From: an uncultured Pseudomonadota bacterium
GTDB taxonomy: Bacteria > Pseudomonadota > Alphaproteobacteria > JACZXZ01
DNA: 64,000 nt
Reading direction: 5' to 3'
NCBI GenBank assembly: GCA_963749075.1
Contig: CAVVLJ010000004.1
Location: 32,001-96,000 of the forward strand
The translations under genes and the position numbers were made by a program. Of the stretch, positions 42,545-54,410 are shown piece after piece. Numbering within the stretch: the first letter of the stretch is position 1; every line of letters begins with the position of its first letter. The notes beneath the pieces were generated by a model. It searched no databases. It saw nothing but the letters and a program-made list of their open reading frames with translations, and had not been told where the DNA came from.

Positions 42545-44737
42545 ATGGCCGGCGTAAGGACGCCGCTCTGGCGGAGTGGCGGGCGGGCACTCGTGGCCGC
42601 GGCTTGCCTCGCGTTCCTTGCGGGCGGTGCCGCGGCGCAAGAGAGCACCCTCGCCATGCCGGCCTTCAGCGCTCCTCCGACGGCAGGCGAGGCGGCGGCC
42701 TCGCCCTGGGCGGCGACCGAGCAGACCAGGCTGCGGCTCGTCTCGGCGGCGGCGGGAACCGGGACTGCGAGCGAGCTTCGCCTCGGCCTCGAGTTCGAGC
42801 TCCAGCCCGGCTGGAAAGTCTATTGGCGCACGCCGGGTGCCGCCGGCTTCCCGCCGCATCTCGACTGGACCGGCTCGCAGAATCTGGCGGGCGCCGACGT
42901 TGCCTGGCCGGCGCCCGAGCGCTTCTCCGTGCTCGACCTCGAGACGCTCGGCTACCACGGCCAGCTCGTGCTGCCGCTGACCGCGCGTCTCGCCAAGGCA
43001 GGTGCTGCGCTCAAGCTCGCCCTCGCGGTCGACTATCTCACCTGCCGGGAAATCTGCATCCCCTATACGGCGCATCTGGCGCTCGAGCTGCCGGCGGGCG
43101 ATGCGGCTGCTACGCCCTATACCCAGCTCATCGACCGCTTCGTGGCGCGGGTGCCGGGCGACGGCAGGGCGGCGGGCCTCGCCATCGAGCGCGTCGCCGT
43201 CGCCGGCTCGGCCGCCCGTCCGGTCCTCGAGGTGACGGCCTCGGCGCGGCAGCCCTTCGAGAGGCCCGATCTCTTCATCGAGGGACCGTCCGGGCTCGCC
43301 TTTGCGCGGCCGCGGGTCGTGCTCTCGGACGGCGGGCACCAGGCGCTGCTGCGCCTCGCCGTCGCCACGGTCGGGAAGTCGTTCCCCGACTGGCGTGCCG
43401 TGCCGCTCGGCCTCACCCTCGTCGACGGCGGGCGCGCGATGGAGGCCCGTCGCGTGCCCGCGGCCGAGCCGGGCGGCGGCGAATGGCGCGGCCTCCTCGC
43501 GGCACTCGGCTTGGCGCTGGCGGGCGGCCTCATTCTCAATCTCATGCCCTGCGTGCTGCCGGTGCTCTCGCTCAAGCTCATCGGCATCGTCGGCCACGGC
43601 GGCGCCGAGCGCCGTGCCGTGCGCGTGAGCTTCCTTGCCAGCGCCGCGGGCGTGCTCGCGGCCTTTCTCGCACTGGCCGCCGCCGCCATCGCCGTCAAGG
43701 AGGCGGGCCATGCGGTCGGCTGGGGCATGCAGTTCCAGGAGCCCGCCTTCCTCACCGGCCTCGCCGTCGTCGCCATGCTCTTCGCGGCCAACCTCTGGGG
43801 CCTCTACGAGATCAGGCTGCCCGGCTTCCTCGCGGATGCACTGGCCACGGGCAGTCACGGCCGCGGCATCCTCGGCGAGTTCCTGACCGGCGCCTTCGCG
43901 ACCTTGCTCGCGACGCCCTGCTCGGCGCCCTTCCTCGGCACCGCCATCGGCTTTGCGCTGGCGCGCGGAGCGATCGAGATCGCGGCCGTCTTCGCGGCCC
44001 TCGGCATCGGCATGGCGCTGCCCTATCTCGCCGTGGCGGCGGTACCGGGGCTGGCGCAGCGCCTGCCGCGCCCCGGCCTCTGGATGATCCGGCTCAAGGT
44101 CGTGCTCGGCGTAGCCCTCGCGGGCACGGCGGCCTGGCTCGTCTCGGTCCTGGTGGGCGAGCTCGGCCTCGTGGCCGCACTCGCCGTGGCCGCTGCGGTC
44201 GCCGCCTTGCCGCTCGCCCTCTGGGCGCGCCGGCGCTGGCCGGAGCACCTGCGGCATTCGGGCGTCGTAGCACTCGCAGCCCTCGTCATCGCCGCTTTCG
44301 CGCTGCCGTCGAACCTCGCGTCCCTGCCGCCGGCTGCGCCTCATGCGGCAGGGCGCGATTGGCGGCCCTTCGCGCGCGCTGAGATCCCGGGCCTGGTGGC
44401 CGAGGGCCGGCTCGTCTTCGTCGACGTGACGGCCGACTGGTGCATCACCTGCAAGACGAACAAGGCGCTGGTGCTCGACCGCGCGCCGGTGGCCGAGCTG
44501 CTGCACGCGCCCGCCGTGGTGCGCATGGTGGCCGATTGGACGCGCCCGTCCGACGAGATCGCCCAATACCTCGCGAGCTTCGGGCGCTACGGCATTCCCT
44601 GCAACGTGATCTATGGCCCGGGGGCGCCCATGGGGATCGCCCTCCCTGAGCTCCTCACCGCGGACGCGGTGCGCGCGGCACTCGCGGAGGCGGGCGGCCC
44701 GCGGCGCGCGGCAGGGGAGGCCGGCGCGCGCGGCTGA
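42545..44737 (+). CDS. dsbD: Protein-disulfide reductase DsbD family
   Basis: GWKVYWRTPG, CREIC, LNLMPCVLP, ATPCSAP and TADWCITCK. Confidence 0.9.
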   Translation: MAGVRTPLWRSGGRALVAAACLAFLAGGAAAQESTLAMPAFSAPPTAGEAAASPWAATEQTRLRLVSAAAGTGTASELRLGLEFELQPGWKVYWRTPGAAGFPPHLDWTGSQNLAGADVAWPAPERFSVLDLETLGYHGQLVLPLTARLAKAGAALKLALAVDYLTCREICIPYTAHLALELPAGDAAATPYTQLIDRFVARVPGDGRAAGLAIERVAVAGSAARPVLEVTASARQPFERPDLFIEGPSGLAFARPRVVLSDGGHQALLRLAVATVGKSFPDWRAVPLGLTLVDGGRAMEARRVPAAEPGGGEWRGLLAALGLALAGGLILNLMPCVLPVLSLKLIGIVGHGGAERRAVRVSFLASAAGVLAAFLALAAAAIAVKEAGHAVGWGMQFQEPAFLTGLAVVAMLFAANLWGLYEIRLPGFLADALATGSHGRGILGEFLTGAFATLLATPCSAPFLGTAIGFALARGAIEIAAVFAALGIGMALPYLAVAAVPGLAQRLPRPGLWMIRLKVVLGVALAGTAAWLVSVLVGELGLVAALAVAAAVAALPLALWARRRWPEHLRHSGVVALAALVIAAFALPSNLASLPPAAPHAAGRDWRPFARAEIPGLVAEGRLVFVDVTADWCITCKTNKALVLDRAPVAELLHAPAVVRMVADWTRPSDEIAQYLASFGRYGIPCNVIYGPGAPMGIALPELLTADAVRAALAEAGGPRRAAGEAGARG

Positions 44738-44832
44738 GCGTCCGGCCTGGGGGCTGGATTTGCCGCGCGGAATGAGTATTTATGGGCGCGCCCGAGGTTT
44801 CGCCGCGGGATCATTTCGCAAGGGGAAGGGCC

Positions 44833-45318
44833 ATGACCATCAAGCCTGGTGAGAAGCTGCCGAACGTCAAGATCAAGTACATGGGTGCCAACGGTCCGAC
44901 CGAGACCACGACCGGTGAGCTCTTCGCGGGCAAGAAGGCGGTGCTGTTCGGCCTGCCCGGCGCCTTCACGCCGACCTGCTCGGCCAAGCACGTGCCGGGC
45001 TTCGTGCACAATGCCGCGGCGATCAAGGCCAAGGGGGTCGGCACCATCGCCTGCATCTCGGTCAACGACGCCTTCGTGATGGGCGCCTGGGGCAAGGACC
45101 AGGGGGCGGGCGACAAGGTGATGATGCTCGCCGATGGCAATGCGGACTTCGCCAAGGCCGCCGGCCTCGAGCAGGATCTCTCCGCGGCCGGCCTCGGCGT
45201 GCGCTCCAAGCGCTACGCCATGGTCATCGACGACGGCACGGTGAAATGGCTCGGCGTCGAGGAGGCGCCGGGCAAGCTCGAGGCGAGCTCGGCCGAGAAC
45301 GTGCTGAAGCAGCTCTGA
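44833..45318 (+). CDS. Peroxiredoxin (Prx5 type)
   Basis: PGAFTPTCS, SVNDAFVM and RSKRY. Confidence 0.93.
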   Translation: MTIKPGEKLPNVKIKYMGANGPTETTTGELFAGKKAVLFGLPGAFTPTCSAKHVPGFVHNAAAIKAKGVGTIACISVNDAFVMGAWGKDQGAGDKVMMLADGNADFAKAAGLEQDLSAAGLGVRSKRYAMVIDDGTVKWLGVEEAPGKLEASSAENVLKQL

Positions 45319-45364
45319 CGGCAGCCGCCGTCGCCGACGTGGGAGTGCCGCGGCAAAGCGGCGC

Positions 45365-45832
45365 TCACGCACCCTCGAGAAAGGGCGCCATGCCCTCGCG
45401 GGCGAGCCGGTCGGCGCGCTCGTTGCCGGCATGGCCCGCGTGGCCCTTGACCCACACCCAGGCGACCTCGTGCCGCTCGAGCGCCTGCTCGAGGCGCTGC
45501 CAAAGATCGCTGTTCTTGACCGGCTTCTTCGCCGCGGTGCGCCAGCCGTTCTGCTTCCAGCGCGCGATCCACTCTGTGATGCCGTCCTTGACGTAGCGGC
45601 TGTCGGTGTGGATGCGCACGCGGCTCGGGCGCTTGAGCGCCTCGAGCGCCGCGATGGCGGCCATGAGTTCCATGCGGTTGTTGGTGGTGGCGCCTTCGCC
45701 GCCCTTGAGCTCGCGCTCGTGCCCCTGCCAGGCGAGCAGCGCACCCCAGCCCCCCGGACCGGGATTGCCGCTGCAGGCGCCGTCGCTGAAGACCTCGACG
45801 GTGCCGCCCCGCGCTCGCCCGTGCGCCGTCAT
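45365..45832 (-). CDS. rnhA: Ribonuclease HI
   Basis: [25 protein letters not shown] and WVKGHAG...NERAD. Confidence 0.95.
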   Translation of the reverse strand: MTAHGRARGGTVEVFSDGACSGNPGPGGWGALLAWQGHERELKGGEGATTNNRMELMAAIAALEALKRPSRVRIHTDSRYVKDGITEWIARWKQNGWRTAAKKPVKNSDLWQRLEQALERHEVAWVWVKGHAGHAGNERADRLAREGMAPFLEGA

Positions 45833-46791
45833 GCGAGGCCGTACTCGCTCGGCCGCGAGATGCCCTGGTGGAAGCGCAGCTTCTGGAGATACTCGAGCGG
45901 ATCCTTGGGCTTCACGAAGGCGCCGTCCGGATGGTTGAGCCAGTCGTAGAGCCGCGTCAAGAGGAAGCGGAGCGCGCTGCCGCGCGCGAGGATCGGGAGT
46001 GCCGCCAGCTCCTCGGGCGAGAGCGCGCGGCGCTTGCCGTAGCTCGAGAGGAGGAGGCGCGCCTTGGTGACGTTGAAGCTGCCGTCCGCTTCGAAGCACC
46101 AGGCATTGAGGCAGACGGCGATGTCGTAAGCGAGGAAGTCGGTGCAGGCGAAGTAGAAATCGATGATGCCGGAGAGCTCGTCGCCGAGGAAGAACACGTT
46201 GTCGGGAAAGAGATCGGCATGGATGACGCCCGCGGGGAGTGCCGCCGGCCAATGGCCCTCGAGGTGGTCGAGCTCGCGGGCGAGCTCTTGGGCGAGGCCC
46301 TGCCGCACCTCGTGCGCGCGCTTCTCGCAGGCTTGGAAGAGCGGGCGCCAGCCCGCAAGGCCGAGGGCATTGGCGCGCCGCATGGCGAAGGAGAGCCCGG
46401 CAAGATGCAGGCGCGCGAGCGCGTCGCCCAAGAGCGCCGCGTGGCGCGGGGCGATGCGCCGCGGCCACATGCCCTGGAGGAAGCTCACGATCGCCGCCGG
46501 CCGGCCGCAGAGCTCGCGGAGTGCGATGCCGTCCCTGCCGTGCACCGGTGTCGGGCAGGCGAGGCCCGCTCCCGCCAGATGGTCCATGAGGGCGAGGAAG
46601 AAGGGCAGGTCCTGCCGCGCCACCCGCTTCTCGTAGAGCGTCAGGATGTAGGTGCCGCGCTCGGTCTGCAGCAGGTAGTTGGAGTTCTCCACCCCCTCGG
46701 CGATGCCCTTGCAGGCGAGCACGGCGCCGAGCTCGTACTGGGTGAGGAAGGCCGCGAGATCCTCGTCGGAGACTTCTGTATAGACCGCCAT
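45829..46791 (-). CDS. thrB: Homoserine kinase (type II)
   Basis: [22 protein letters not shown] and IDFYFAC. Confidence 0.95.
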   Translation of the reverse strand: MAVYTEVSDEDLAAFLTQYELGAVLACKGIAEGVENSNYLLQTERGTYILTLYEKRVARQDLPFFLALMDHLAGAGLACPTPVHGRDGIALRELCGRPAAIVSFLQGMWPRRIAPRHAALLGDALARLHLAGLSFAMRRANALGLAGWRPLFQACEKRAHEVRQGLAQELARELDHLEGHWPAALPAGVIHADLFPDNVFFLGDELSGIIDFYFACTDFLAYDIAVCLNAWCFEADGSFNVTKARLLLSSYGKRRALSPEELAALPILARGSALRFLLTRLYDWLNHPDGAFVKPKDPLEYLQKLRFHQGISRPSEYGLA

Positions 46792-46968
46792 GGGCGCCTA
46801 ATCTGACGGTTAGCGCCGCCAAGGGCAACTGGTGCTAAGGGCCGGGAGCGCCGCGGACGCGCCTCGTGCCTCGCGCCCGCGCCCCGGGGCTTGTGCCGGG
46901 GAGGAGGCTCCCCTAGAGTGCCGGCCGCGAGTGCTGCCGGGGCAGGCCGAGACGTACTGGAGACGGCG

Positions 46969-47209
46969 ATGGCGGAACCGAGGGTGGCCCAGAAGGGGCC
47001 CTTCATGAAGAACGTCGAGGCGGGCAAGGACTATTGGTGGTGCGCCTGCGGGCAGAGCAAGACCCAGCCCTTCTGCGACGGCTCGCACAAGGGCGGCCCC
47101 TTCACGCCCGTGCAGTGGAAGGCCGCCTCAACGAAGGACGTTCTATTTCTGCGGCTGCAAGCACAGCTCCGGCAAGCCGCTCTGCGACGGAAGCCACAGC
47201 AAGCTGTGA
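46969..47209 (+). CDS. Two-domain CDGSH iron-sulfur protein (+1 frameshift at ~47141)
   Basis: WCACGQSKTQPFCDGSH, then in the shifted frame YFCGCKHSSGKPLCDGSH-stop; span is 240+1 nt. Confidence 0.88.
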
Positions 47210-47775
47210 GTGCGCTCAGCCGTCCTGCTGTGCCGCGGCTCGCCGAGCGTCTTGCGCCGGCGGCGCGCGGCCTGGCGCTTGCGGGTGCGCTCGCGGCGCT
47301 CGCCGCCTGCTCGGCGAAGACGCTGCCCTGTCCGACCGCCAAGATCCTGCGCGACGCCGCGAGCGTCACCGTCTTTGCCCCCGGCCAGCCGGCCGATGCC
47401 AAGGCGGTGCAATATGTCGGCAATATCTCGCAGGCCAAGCTGAGCTGCTCCTACGATGTCAGCACTCTCGAGCGGCTCGAGGTGGCGCTCGGCGTGCAGG
47501 TCACCGCCGAGCGTCCCCCCGCCTCGACGGCGGCGGCGGCCGATCTGCGCTACTTCGTCGCCATCGTCAACCTCGAGGGCGAGGTGCTGGCCAAGAAGGA
47601 GTTCCCCTTGAGCCTCGCCTTTCCCAAGGGCGGCACCTCCGCCAGCACGGTCGACGAGAGCCGCCAGATCATCCCGCTCAAATATCCGCAAAACGGCGGC
47701 AGCGTCGAGATCTGGGTGGGCTTCCAGCTCTCCCCCGAAGAGCTCGATTACAACCGCAAGCACCTCGGCGGCTGA
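47206..47775 (+). CDS. Conserved alphaproteobacterial lipoprotein
   Basis: Lipobox LAAC, CP..C pair, YFVAIV and VGFQLSPEELDYNR. Confidence 0.75.
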   Translation: MSALSRPAVPRLAERLAPAARGLALAGALAALAACSAKTLPCPTAKILRDAASVTVFAPGQPADAKAVQYVGNISQAKLSCSYDVSTLERLEVALGVQVTAERPPASTAAAADLRYFVAIVNLEGEVLAKKEFPLSLAFPKGGTSASTVDESRQIIPLKYPQNGGSVEIWVGFQLSPEELDYNRKHLGG

Positions 47776-47789
47776 GCGGCGCATAAGCT

Positions 47790-48060
47790 TCAGGCGAGGA
47801 GTAGCGCCGCCGAGGCGATGAGGAACCCGCCCATCGCGCGGTCAAGCCATCGTCTTGCGGAGGGCCGCATAATCCAATCCGCGATCGCCGACCCGGCAAG
47901 CGCCCACAGGGTGAGGCAGACCCCAGTCACCACGGCGAGAATAACGGCCAGCTCGGCGAGCGACGAGACTCGCTCGCCGTCGCGCGGCATGGCCGCCGCC
48001 GCGGTCAGCACCATCACCCAGCTTTTCGGGTTGAGGAGTTGGAAGAGGGCGCGGCCCTTG
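47790..48060 (-). pseudogene. LysE-family translocator, C-terminal remnant
   Basis: FQLLNPKSWVM motif and last TM helices; N-terminal PGP half missing. Confidence 0.7.
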
Positions 48061-48074
48061 GCCGGGGCTCGCCT

Positions 48075-48502
48075 GCGAAGCCTTCATGGACGAGGCGCTC
48101 TATCCCGTCATGAGCAGGCGCTATTGGGAAGCGGCCGGCAGGCCTCGCACGCCCGAGAAGCTGGCGCGCTTGCGCCTCCTCCACGACAGGGACCCGCAAG
48201 CATCCTGGGAAGCGTGGCGGGCGGCACACCCAAGCCGCGGGCTCGACATGCGCCGCGGTCCACGCTTCGCCTCCTCCGACCTCGTGCTGCGGGCGGCCAG
48301 CCAGGGGCTGGGCGTGGCACTCGCGCGCGCCCGCTTGGCGGCCGCCGATATTGCCACGGGCGCCCTCATCCGGCCCTTTGGCGAGTTCCTGGTCGGCGTA
48401 CCCGACGCCCACTGGATCGTGCGCCACGAAGCCGCACCCGAGCGCATTGCCGTGAGCGCGGTGATCGATTGGCTGAAGCAGCAGGGCAACCGCGCGGCAT
48501 AG
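48075..48502 (+). pseudogene. LysR-family (GcvA-like) regulator, C-terminal remnant
   Basis: DEALYPV, LLHD, GPRF, AASQGLGVALAR and LIRPF; HTH domain absent. Confidence 0.75.
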
Positions 48503-48540
48503 GGAAGAGCATGAAGCATGGTGTTGCCGCCTATGTCCAA

Positions 48541-48559
48541 TTTGTCTAGAATAGACAAA
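48541..48559. promoter_or_regulatory. Palindromic TA operator
   Basis: TTTGTCTA-GAA-TAGACAAA directly before the phd gene. Confidence 0.65.
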
Positions 48560-48572
48560 ATGGAGCCTTATC

Positions 48573-48824
48573 ATGCGCCACGTCTCCGCCACCGACGCGA
48601 AACAGCGCCTCGCCGCGCTGCTTGACGCCGTGCAGCGCGAGCCCGTCGTGATCCGACGTCACGAGCGGGACGTTGCCGTCCTTCTCTCGGCCGAAGAATA
48701 TGAGCGCCTTTCCGCCCTCAACAGAGAGGAGTTCGAGCGCTTCTGCGACCGCATCGGCGCCGAGGCAACCGCGCGCGGGCTGACCGGGGAGAAGCTCGCC
48801 GAGATCCTTGCCGATGAAGGTTAG
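48573..48824 (+). CDS. Phd/YefM-family antitoxin
   Basis: VSATDAKQRLAALLDAVQREPVVIRRH...AVLLSAEEYERL. Confidence 0.88.
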   Translation: MRHVSATDAKQRLAALLDAVQREPVVIRRHERDVAVLLSAEEYERLSALNREEFERFCDRIGAEATARGLTGEKLAEILADEG

Positions 48825-49239
48825 GGAGCGGCTTGTCGTCGATACGGGCGTCCTCGCCAGCAGATTGCTCCTCCCCGCCTCCGTGCCTGCGGAGGCTGTT
48901 CGCAAGGCCGTGGGCGAGGGCCAGCTTCTCGCCTCCGATGCGACTCTCATGGAGCTCGCCGAGGTGCTCGCCCGAGCGAAATTCGCTCCCTATGTCACGC
49001 TCGACGAACGCAAGCAGTTCTTGCGCCTGTTCGGCCGCATCGCGGAGCGAGTGCCGGTCACTCATGCCATACGCGCTTGCCGCGATCCGAAGGACGACAA
49101 GTTTCTCGAGCTTGCCTTGAATGGCGACGCGCGCTTGATCGTCACCGGCGACGCGGATCTCCTGGCGCTTCACCCATTCCGCGGCATCGAGATCATGACG
49201 CCGGCGCGCTATCTCACAGACGGTCGGCAAAATAGCTGA
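48814..49239 (+). CDS. PIN-domain toxin
   Basis: VVDTGVL, ELAEVL, CRDPKDDKFLELA and IVTGDADLL. Confidence 0.9.
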   Translation: MKVRERLVVDTGVLASRLLLPASVPAEAVRKAVGEGQLLASDATLMELAEVLARAKFAPYVTLDERKQFLRLFGRIAERVPVTHAIRACRDPKDDKFLELALNGDARLIVTGDADLLALHPFRGIEIMTPARYLTDGRQNS

Positions 49240-49298
49240 CCGGCTTCCTCCCTAGTTGACTTTCCCCCCCATGCGTCTAGGCTGGCGGCACTTTGCCG

Positions 49299-49528
49299 AT
49301 GACCCTCGCGGGAGAGATCGGCGCGGCGCCCGGATGCGGGCGTCTGCCGCGCCGGCGCCGAAGGAGCAACCGCCCCGGAAACTCTCAGGCAAAGGGACCG
49401 CGAGGGGAGGCAGCTCTGGAAAGCAGCCGCAGCGCCTTTGGCCAATGCCGAAGGCGAGGCGGCTCACCGAAGGGGTAAACCCGGCAGCGCTGCCGGGCGA
49501 TTCTTTCAGGTCCGAGGACAGAGGGGGC
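49299..49528 (+). ncRNA. Tandem glycine riboswitch
   Basis: GGAGAG...CCGAAGGAGCAA...CTCTCAGG and CTCTGGAAAG...CCGAAGGGGTAA...CTTTCAGG aptamers upstream of gcvT. Confidence 0.92.
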
Positions 49529-49604
49529 TTGTCCGTTGCCAGGCGCGATCCCGGTGATCGCGCGGGGGCACCGGTCAAGCGGCAACGGCCCTCGGGAGGA
49601 CCTG

Positions 49605-50735
49605 GTGAGCGCGCCGCCCTCGCAACCCCCGCCCTCGCAAGCCCTGAAGCGCACGCCGCTCTACGAGCTGCATCGCTCGCTCGGCGCCAAGATGGTGGCC
49701 TTCGCGGGCTACGAGATGCCCGTGCAGTACGCGGGCGGCATCCTCGCCGAGCATCTCCACACGCGCAGGGCGGCGGGCCTCTTCGACGTCTCCCACATGG
49801 GCCAGGTGCGCGTCTCGGGCCCCGACGCCGCCGCCGCCTTCGAGCGCCTGGTGCCCGGCGATATCGCCGGCCTGGCGCCCTCCCGCCAGCGCTACACCCA
49901 GTTCACCAACAAGGCCGCGGGCATCCTCGACGACCTCATGGCAAGCCGCCTCGAGGACGGGCTCTTCGTCGTGGTCAATGCCGCCTGCAAGGCCGCGGAC
50001 CTGGCGCATATGCAGGCGAGCCTCGAGGGCGCAGCCGAGGTCAAGGCGCTCGACGACCGGGCGCTCTTGGCGCTCCAAGGCCCGGCCGCGGCCGAGGTTT
50101 TGGCGCGCCTGGCGCCCGCCTGCCGCGAGCAGAGATTCATGAGCCTCGCGCGCTACGTCCTCGAGGGTGCTGAGGCGCTCGTCTCGCGCTCGGGCTACAC
50201 CGGCGAGGACGGCTTCGAGCTCTCGCTCCCCGCCGAGGCGGCGGAGCGCGTGGCGCGGCGCCTCCTCGCCGAGCCCGAGGTGGCGCTGATCGGGCTTGGC
50301 GCGCGCGATTCGCTGCGCCTCGAGGCCGGCCTCTGTCTCTATGGCCACGACATCGACGTGACGACGACGCCGGTCGAGGCGGAGCTCGCGTGGTCGATCG
50401 GCAAGCGCCGCCGCCAGGAGGGCGGCTATCCGGGCGCCGATGTCGTGCGCGAGCAGCTCGAGAAGGGCACCGTGCGGCGCCGCGTCGCCATCCTTCCCGA
50501 GGGGCGGGCGCCGGCGCGCGAGGGCGCCGAGATCGTCGATGCTGCGGGCCACCGCATCGGCGTCGTCACCTCGGGCGGCTTCGGCCCGAGCCTCGGCGGG
50601 CCGCTCGCCATGGGCTATGTCGAGACCGTCTACGCCAAGGAGGGCATGCCGCTCGATCTCGTCGTGCGCGGAGTGCGCCGGCCGGCCAAGGTGGCGGCAT
50701 TCCCCTTCGTGCCGCACCGCTATCGCCGGGAATGA
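49605..50735 (+). CDS. gcvT: Glycine cleavage aminomethyltransferase
   Basis: [30 protein letters not shown] and [13 protein letters not shown]. Confidence 0.95.
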   Translation: MSAPPSQPPPSQALKRTPLYELHRSLGAKMVAFAGYEMPVQYAGGILAEHLHTRRAAGLFDVSHMGQVRVSGPDAAAAFERLVPGDIAGLAPSRQRYTQFTNKAAGILDDLMASRLEDGLFVVVNAACKAADLAHMQASLEGAAEVKALDDRALLALQGPAAAEVLARLAPACREQRFMSLARYVLEGAEALVSRSGYTGEDGFELSLPAEAAERVARRLLAEPEVALIGLGARDSLRLEAGLCLYGHDIDVTTTPVEAELAWSIGKRRRQEGGYPGADVVREQLEKGTVRRRVAILPEGRAPAREGAEIVDAAGHRIGVVTSGGFGPSLGGPLAMGYVETVYAKEGMPLDLVVRGVRRPAKVAAFPFVPHRYRRE

Positions 50736-50752
50736 ACGGGAGGAGGAGAGCC

Positions 50753-51127
50753 GTGCTGAAATTCACCAAGGACCACGAGTGGATCCGCCTCGAGGCCGAC
50801 GGCAGCGCCACCTGCGGCATCAGTGCCTATGCCCAGGAGCAGCTCGGCGACGTCGTCTACGTCGAGCTGCCCGCCGTGGGCAAGGCGGTTGCCAAGGGCG
50901 ACAACGCCGCGACCGTCGAGTCCGTGAAGGCGGCGAGCGAAGTCTATGCCCCCGCGAGCGGCACGGTGAGCGCCGTCAACGAGCGCCTCGCGGGCGAGCC
51001 GGCGCTCGTCAACGCCTCCCCGCTCGCCGACGGCTGGTTCTTCAAGCTGGCGCGCGCCGATGAGGTGGAGCTCGGAGAGCTCATGGACGAGGCCGCCTAC
51101 GCCGAATACTGCGAAGGGCTCCACTGA
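50753..51127 (+). CDS. gcvH: Glycine cleavage H protein
   Basis: [19 protein letters not shown] and VESVKAASE lipoyl-Lys. Confidence 0.95.
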   Translation: MLKFTKDHEWIRLEADGSATCGISAYAQEQLGDVVYVELPAVGKAVAKGDNAATVESVKAASEVYAPASGTVSAVNERLAGEPALVNASPLADGWFFKLARADEVELGELMDEAAYAEYCEGLH

Positions 51128-52483
51128 TGCGCTATCTCCCCCTCACGGAAGCGGATCGCCGCATCATGCTCCAGGCGATCGGCGCTCCCTCGCTCGAGAG
51201 CCTCTACCGCGACGTGCCGGAGGAGGTGCTGCTCAAGGCGCCGGCGGCGCTGCCGTCCCACATGGGCGAGCTCGAGGTCGAGCGCGCCTTCCAGGCCTTC
51301 GCCGGCGGCAATATGGGGACTGCCGCCGTGCCGGCCTTTCTCGGCGCCGGCGCCTACCGCCACCACATCCCGGCGAGCGTCGACCATCTCATCCAGCGCG
51401 GCGAGTTCCTCACCTCCTACACGCCCTATCAGCCCGAGGTGTCGCAGGGCACGCTGCAATATCTCTTCGAGTTTCAGACCCAGGTGGCGCTCATCACCGG
51501 CATGGAGGTGGCGAACGCCTCCATGTACGACGGCGGCAGTGCCACGGCCGAAGCGGTGATGATGGCAAACCGCGTCACCGGTCGGCGGAAGGCGGTGCTT
51601 TCCGGGGGCCTCCATCCCCACTACCGCGAGATCTGCGCCACGCACGCGCGCTGGAGCGGCTTCGAGGTCACACTGGCCGAGCCCGATCCGCGCGGCCGCG
51701 AGGAGCTCGCGCGCTCGATCGACGACAAGACGTTCTTGCGTCGTGGTGGCGAGCCCGAGCTTCTTCGGCCATCTCCGCGACTACGCGGGCCTTGCCGAGG
51801 CCTGCCACGCCAAGGGGGCGCTCCTCGTCGTCGCGGTGAGCGAGGTCGTCTCGCTCGGGCTTATCAAGCCGCCGGGCGAGATGGGCGCCGACATCGTCGC
51901 CGCCGAGGGCCAGTCGATCGGCGTGCCGCTCTCCTTCGGCGGGCCCTATCTCGGCCTCTTCGCCGCGCGCGAGAAGTACGTGCGCCAGATGCCGGGGCGG
52001 CTCTGCGGCGAGGCGCACGACGCCGAGGGTCGGCGCGGCTGGGTGCTCACCCTCTCGACGCGCGAGCAGCACATCCGCCGCGAGAAGGCGACGAGCAACA
52101 TCTGCACCAACTCAGGGCTCTGCGCCCTCGCCTTCACGATCCATCTGGCGCTTCTGGGCGAGGTGGGCTTCCACCGGCTCGCCGAGCTCAACCACGCGAG
52201 CGCTGTCAGGCTCGCCGAGCGGCTCGCGGGTATTGAGGGCGTCGAGCTCGTGAACGAGACCTTCTTCAACGAGTTCACGCTTCGCCTCGCCCGGCCGGCG
52301 GCCGAGGTGGCGGCGGCGCTCGCGGCGCGGCGCATCTTGGGCGGCGTGCCCGTCTCGCGCCTCTACCCCGCCCGACCGGCGCTCGCCGATCTCATGCTGG
52401 TGGCGGCGACGGAGGTCAATACGGAGGCCGAGATCGAGGCCCTCGCCGAGGCCCTCGCCGAAGTCCTTGGGGAGGTGCCGTGA
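51127..52483 (+). CDS. gcvPA: Glycine dehydrogenase subunit 1 (+1 frameshift at ~51733)
   Basis: [12 protein letters not shown] and NASMYDG in one frame; GGPYLG and [17 protein letters not shown] in the next; span is 1356+1 nt. Confidence 0.92.
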
Positions 52484-54057
52484 TGGACCTCTCCCAGGAC
52501 CGCAAGGGCCGGCCCGCCGCGAACGAGCCGGCGGCATCGCGGCCCACCATCAGCGGCAACCGCGGCCTCCGCATCGAGGAGCCGCTCATCTTCGAGCAGG
52601 GCCAGGAGGGCCGCAGCGGCGTCGACCTGCCGGCGCCGCAGCGCCATGCCCAGCACTTGGGCGCCATGCGGCGCGCCGGCCCCATCGGGCTTCCCGGCCT
52701 CTCCGAGCCCCAGGTGGTGCGCCACTTCACGCGGCTCAGCCAGAAGAACTACGGCATCGACAGCGGGCTCTACCCCCTCGGCTCCTGCACCATGAAGCAC
52801 AATCCGCGGCTCAACGAGAAGCTGGCGCGGCTCGCCGGCCTTGCCGATCTTCACCCGCTGCAGCCGGCGAGCACCGTGCAGGGTGCCCTTGCCCTCATCG
52901 ACAGCCTCGCCCATTGGCTCAAGACGCTCACCGGCATGCCGGCCGTGGCCCTCTCGCCCGCCGCCGGCGCCCACGGCGAGCTCTGCGGCATGATCGCCAT
53001 CCGTGCCGCACTCGAGGCGCGCGGCGAGACGGCGCGGCGGCGCGTGCTGGTGCCCGAATCGGCGCACGGCACCAATCCGGCGAGCGCTGCCGAATGCGGC
53101 TTCACGGTCGACCACATTCCGGCCAACGCCCGCGGCCGCGTCGATCTCGCCGCCTTCAAGGCCAAGCTCGGGCCGGACGTGGCGGCGCTCATGCTGACCA
53201 ATCCCAACACCTGCGGCCTCTTCGAGCCCGACATGCGCGAGATCGCCGCAGCACTCCATGCGAGCGGCGCCTATTTCTACTGCGACGGCGCCAACTTCAA
53301 CGCCATCGTCGGGCGCGTGCGCCCGGGCGACCTCGGCATCGACTGCATGCACATCAACCTGCACAAGACCTTCTCAACGCCCCACGGCGGCGGCGGTCCC
53401 GGGAGCGGGCCGGTCGTCTTCTCCGCCTCCCTTGCCCCCCACGTGCCGTTCCCCTACGTGCTGCACGAGAGCGCGGGCTTCCGCCTCGTCGAGCACGGCG
53501 AGAGCGGCGGCGAGGCTGCTCTCGCCTTCGGCCGGCTCAAGACCTTCCACGGCCAGATGGGCATGTTCATCCGGGCGCTTGCCTACATGATGAGCCACGG
53601 CTCGGACGGCCTCGCCCAGGCCGCGGGCGACGCGGTGCTCAACGCCAACTACCTCTTGGCGCGGCTCGGGGACGTGCTGACGCCGGCCTTCGACGGCCCT
53701 TGCATGCACGAGGCCCTCTTCGACGACCGCTTCCTCAAGGAGAGTGGGGTCTCAACCCTCGATTTCGCCAAGGCGATGATCGACGAGGGCTTCCATCCCA
53801 TGACCATGTATTTCCCGCTCGTGGTGCATGGCGCCCTCCTCATGGAGCCGACCGAGACCGAGAGCCGCCAATCCCTCGACCAGTTCATCGCTGCGGTGCG
53901 GGGGCTGGCAGCGCGTGCGCGGGAGCCCGGCGGGGCCGCGGCGTTCCATGGCGCTCCCTACTTCACGCCGCGCCGCCGCCTCGACGAGACGGCCGCCGCG
54001 CGCAAGCCCGTGCTGCGCTGGCGGCCGCCGGCACCCGCGGCCCGGGCGGCGCAATAG
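52480..54057 (+). CDS. gcvPB: Glycine dehydrogenase subunit 2
   Basis: [36 protein letters not shown] and EPTETE. Confidence 0.95.
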   Translation: MMDLSQDRKGRPAANEPAASRPTISGNRGLRIEEPLIFEQGQEGRSGVDLPAPQRHAQHLGAMRRAGPIGLPGLSEPQVVRHFTRLSQKNYGIDSGLYPLGSCTMKHNPRLNEKLARLAGLADLHPLQPASTVQGALALIDSLAHWLKTLTGMPAVALSPAAGAHGELCGMIAIRAALEARGETARRRVLVPESAHGTNPASAAECGFTVDHIPANARGRVDLAAFKAKLGPDVAALMLTNPNTCGLFEPDMREIAAALHASGAYFYCDGANFNAIVGRVRPGDLGIDCMHINLHKTFSTPHGGGGPGSGPVVFSASLAPHVPFPYVLHESAGFRLVEHGESGGEAALAFGRLKTFHGQMGMFIRALAYMMSHGSDGLAQAAGDAVLNANYLLARLGDVLTPAFDGPCMHEALFDDRFLKESGVSTLDFAKAMIDEGFHPMTMYFPLVVHGALLMEPTETESRQSLDQFIAAVRGLAARAREPGGAAAFHGAPYFTPRRRLDETAAARKPVLRWRPPAPAARAAQ

Positions 54058-54410
54058 CGGCCGCAGGGTCGCCCGCTCTTTGCCGTATCATGAAGTGCTG
54101 TCGGACGGCCCCGCGGACGGCCCCGGGGCCGGCCAAATTCGGGCGAAACCCGCTCTTTCCAGAACGGCAGGAGCCTAGCGCATGCGGACGATGACGCGAG
54201 CCGACGCCACGGCGGCGGGCGCGGGCTTTACGGCGGCCTGCCAAGCGCTCTACCATCGCGCCAGCGATGATCGGCGGAAGGCCGCCCTAGCGCAGCTCAA
54301 GCGCCATGTCGGCCGCGGCTGAGTACGCCTTGCGGCTCGGCGGCCAAGCGATGGGCGGCAGCCGTTCAAGGCCGCAGCCGGTGCTCCTCGTCGCGCGGGT
54401 GATTGCCGGC

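Noticed and set aside
46891-47775. Apparent CDGSH-lipoprotein fusion (294 aa)
   Set aside because: Caused by the +1 T at ~47141; correcting it gives two separate overlapping genes.
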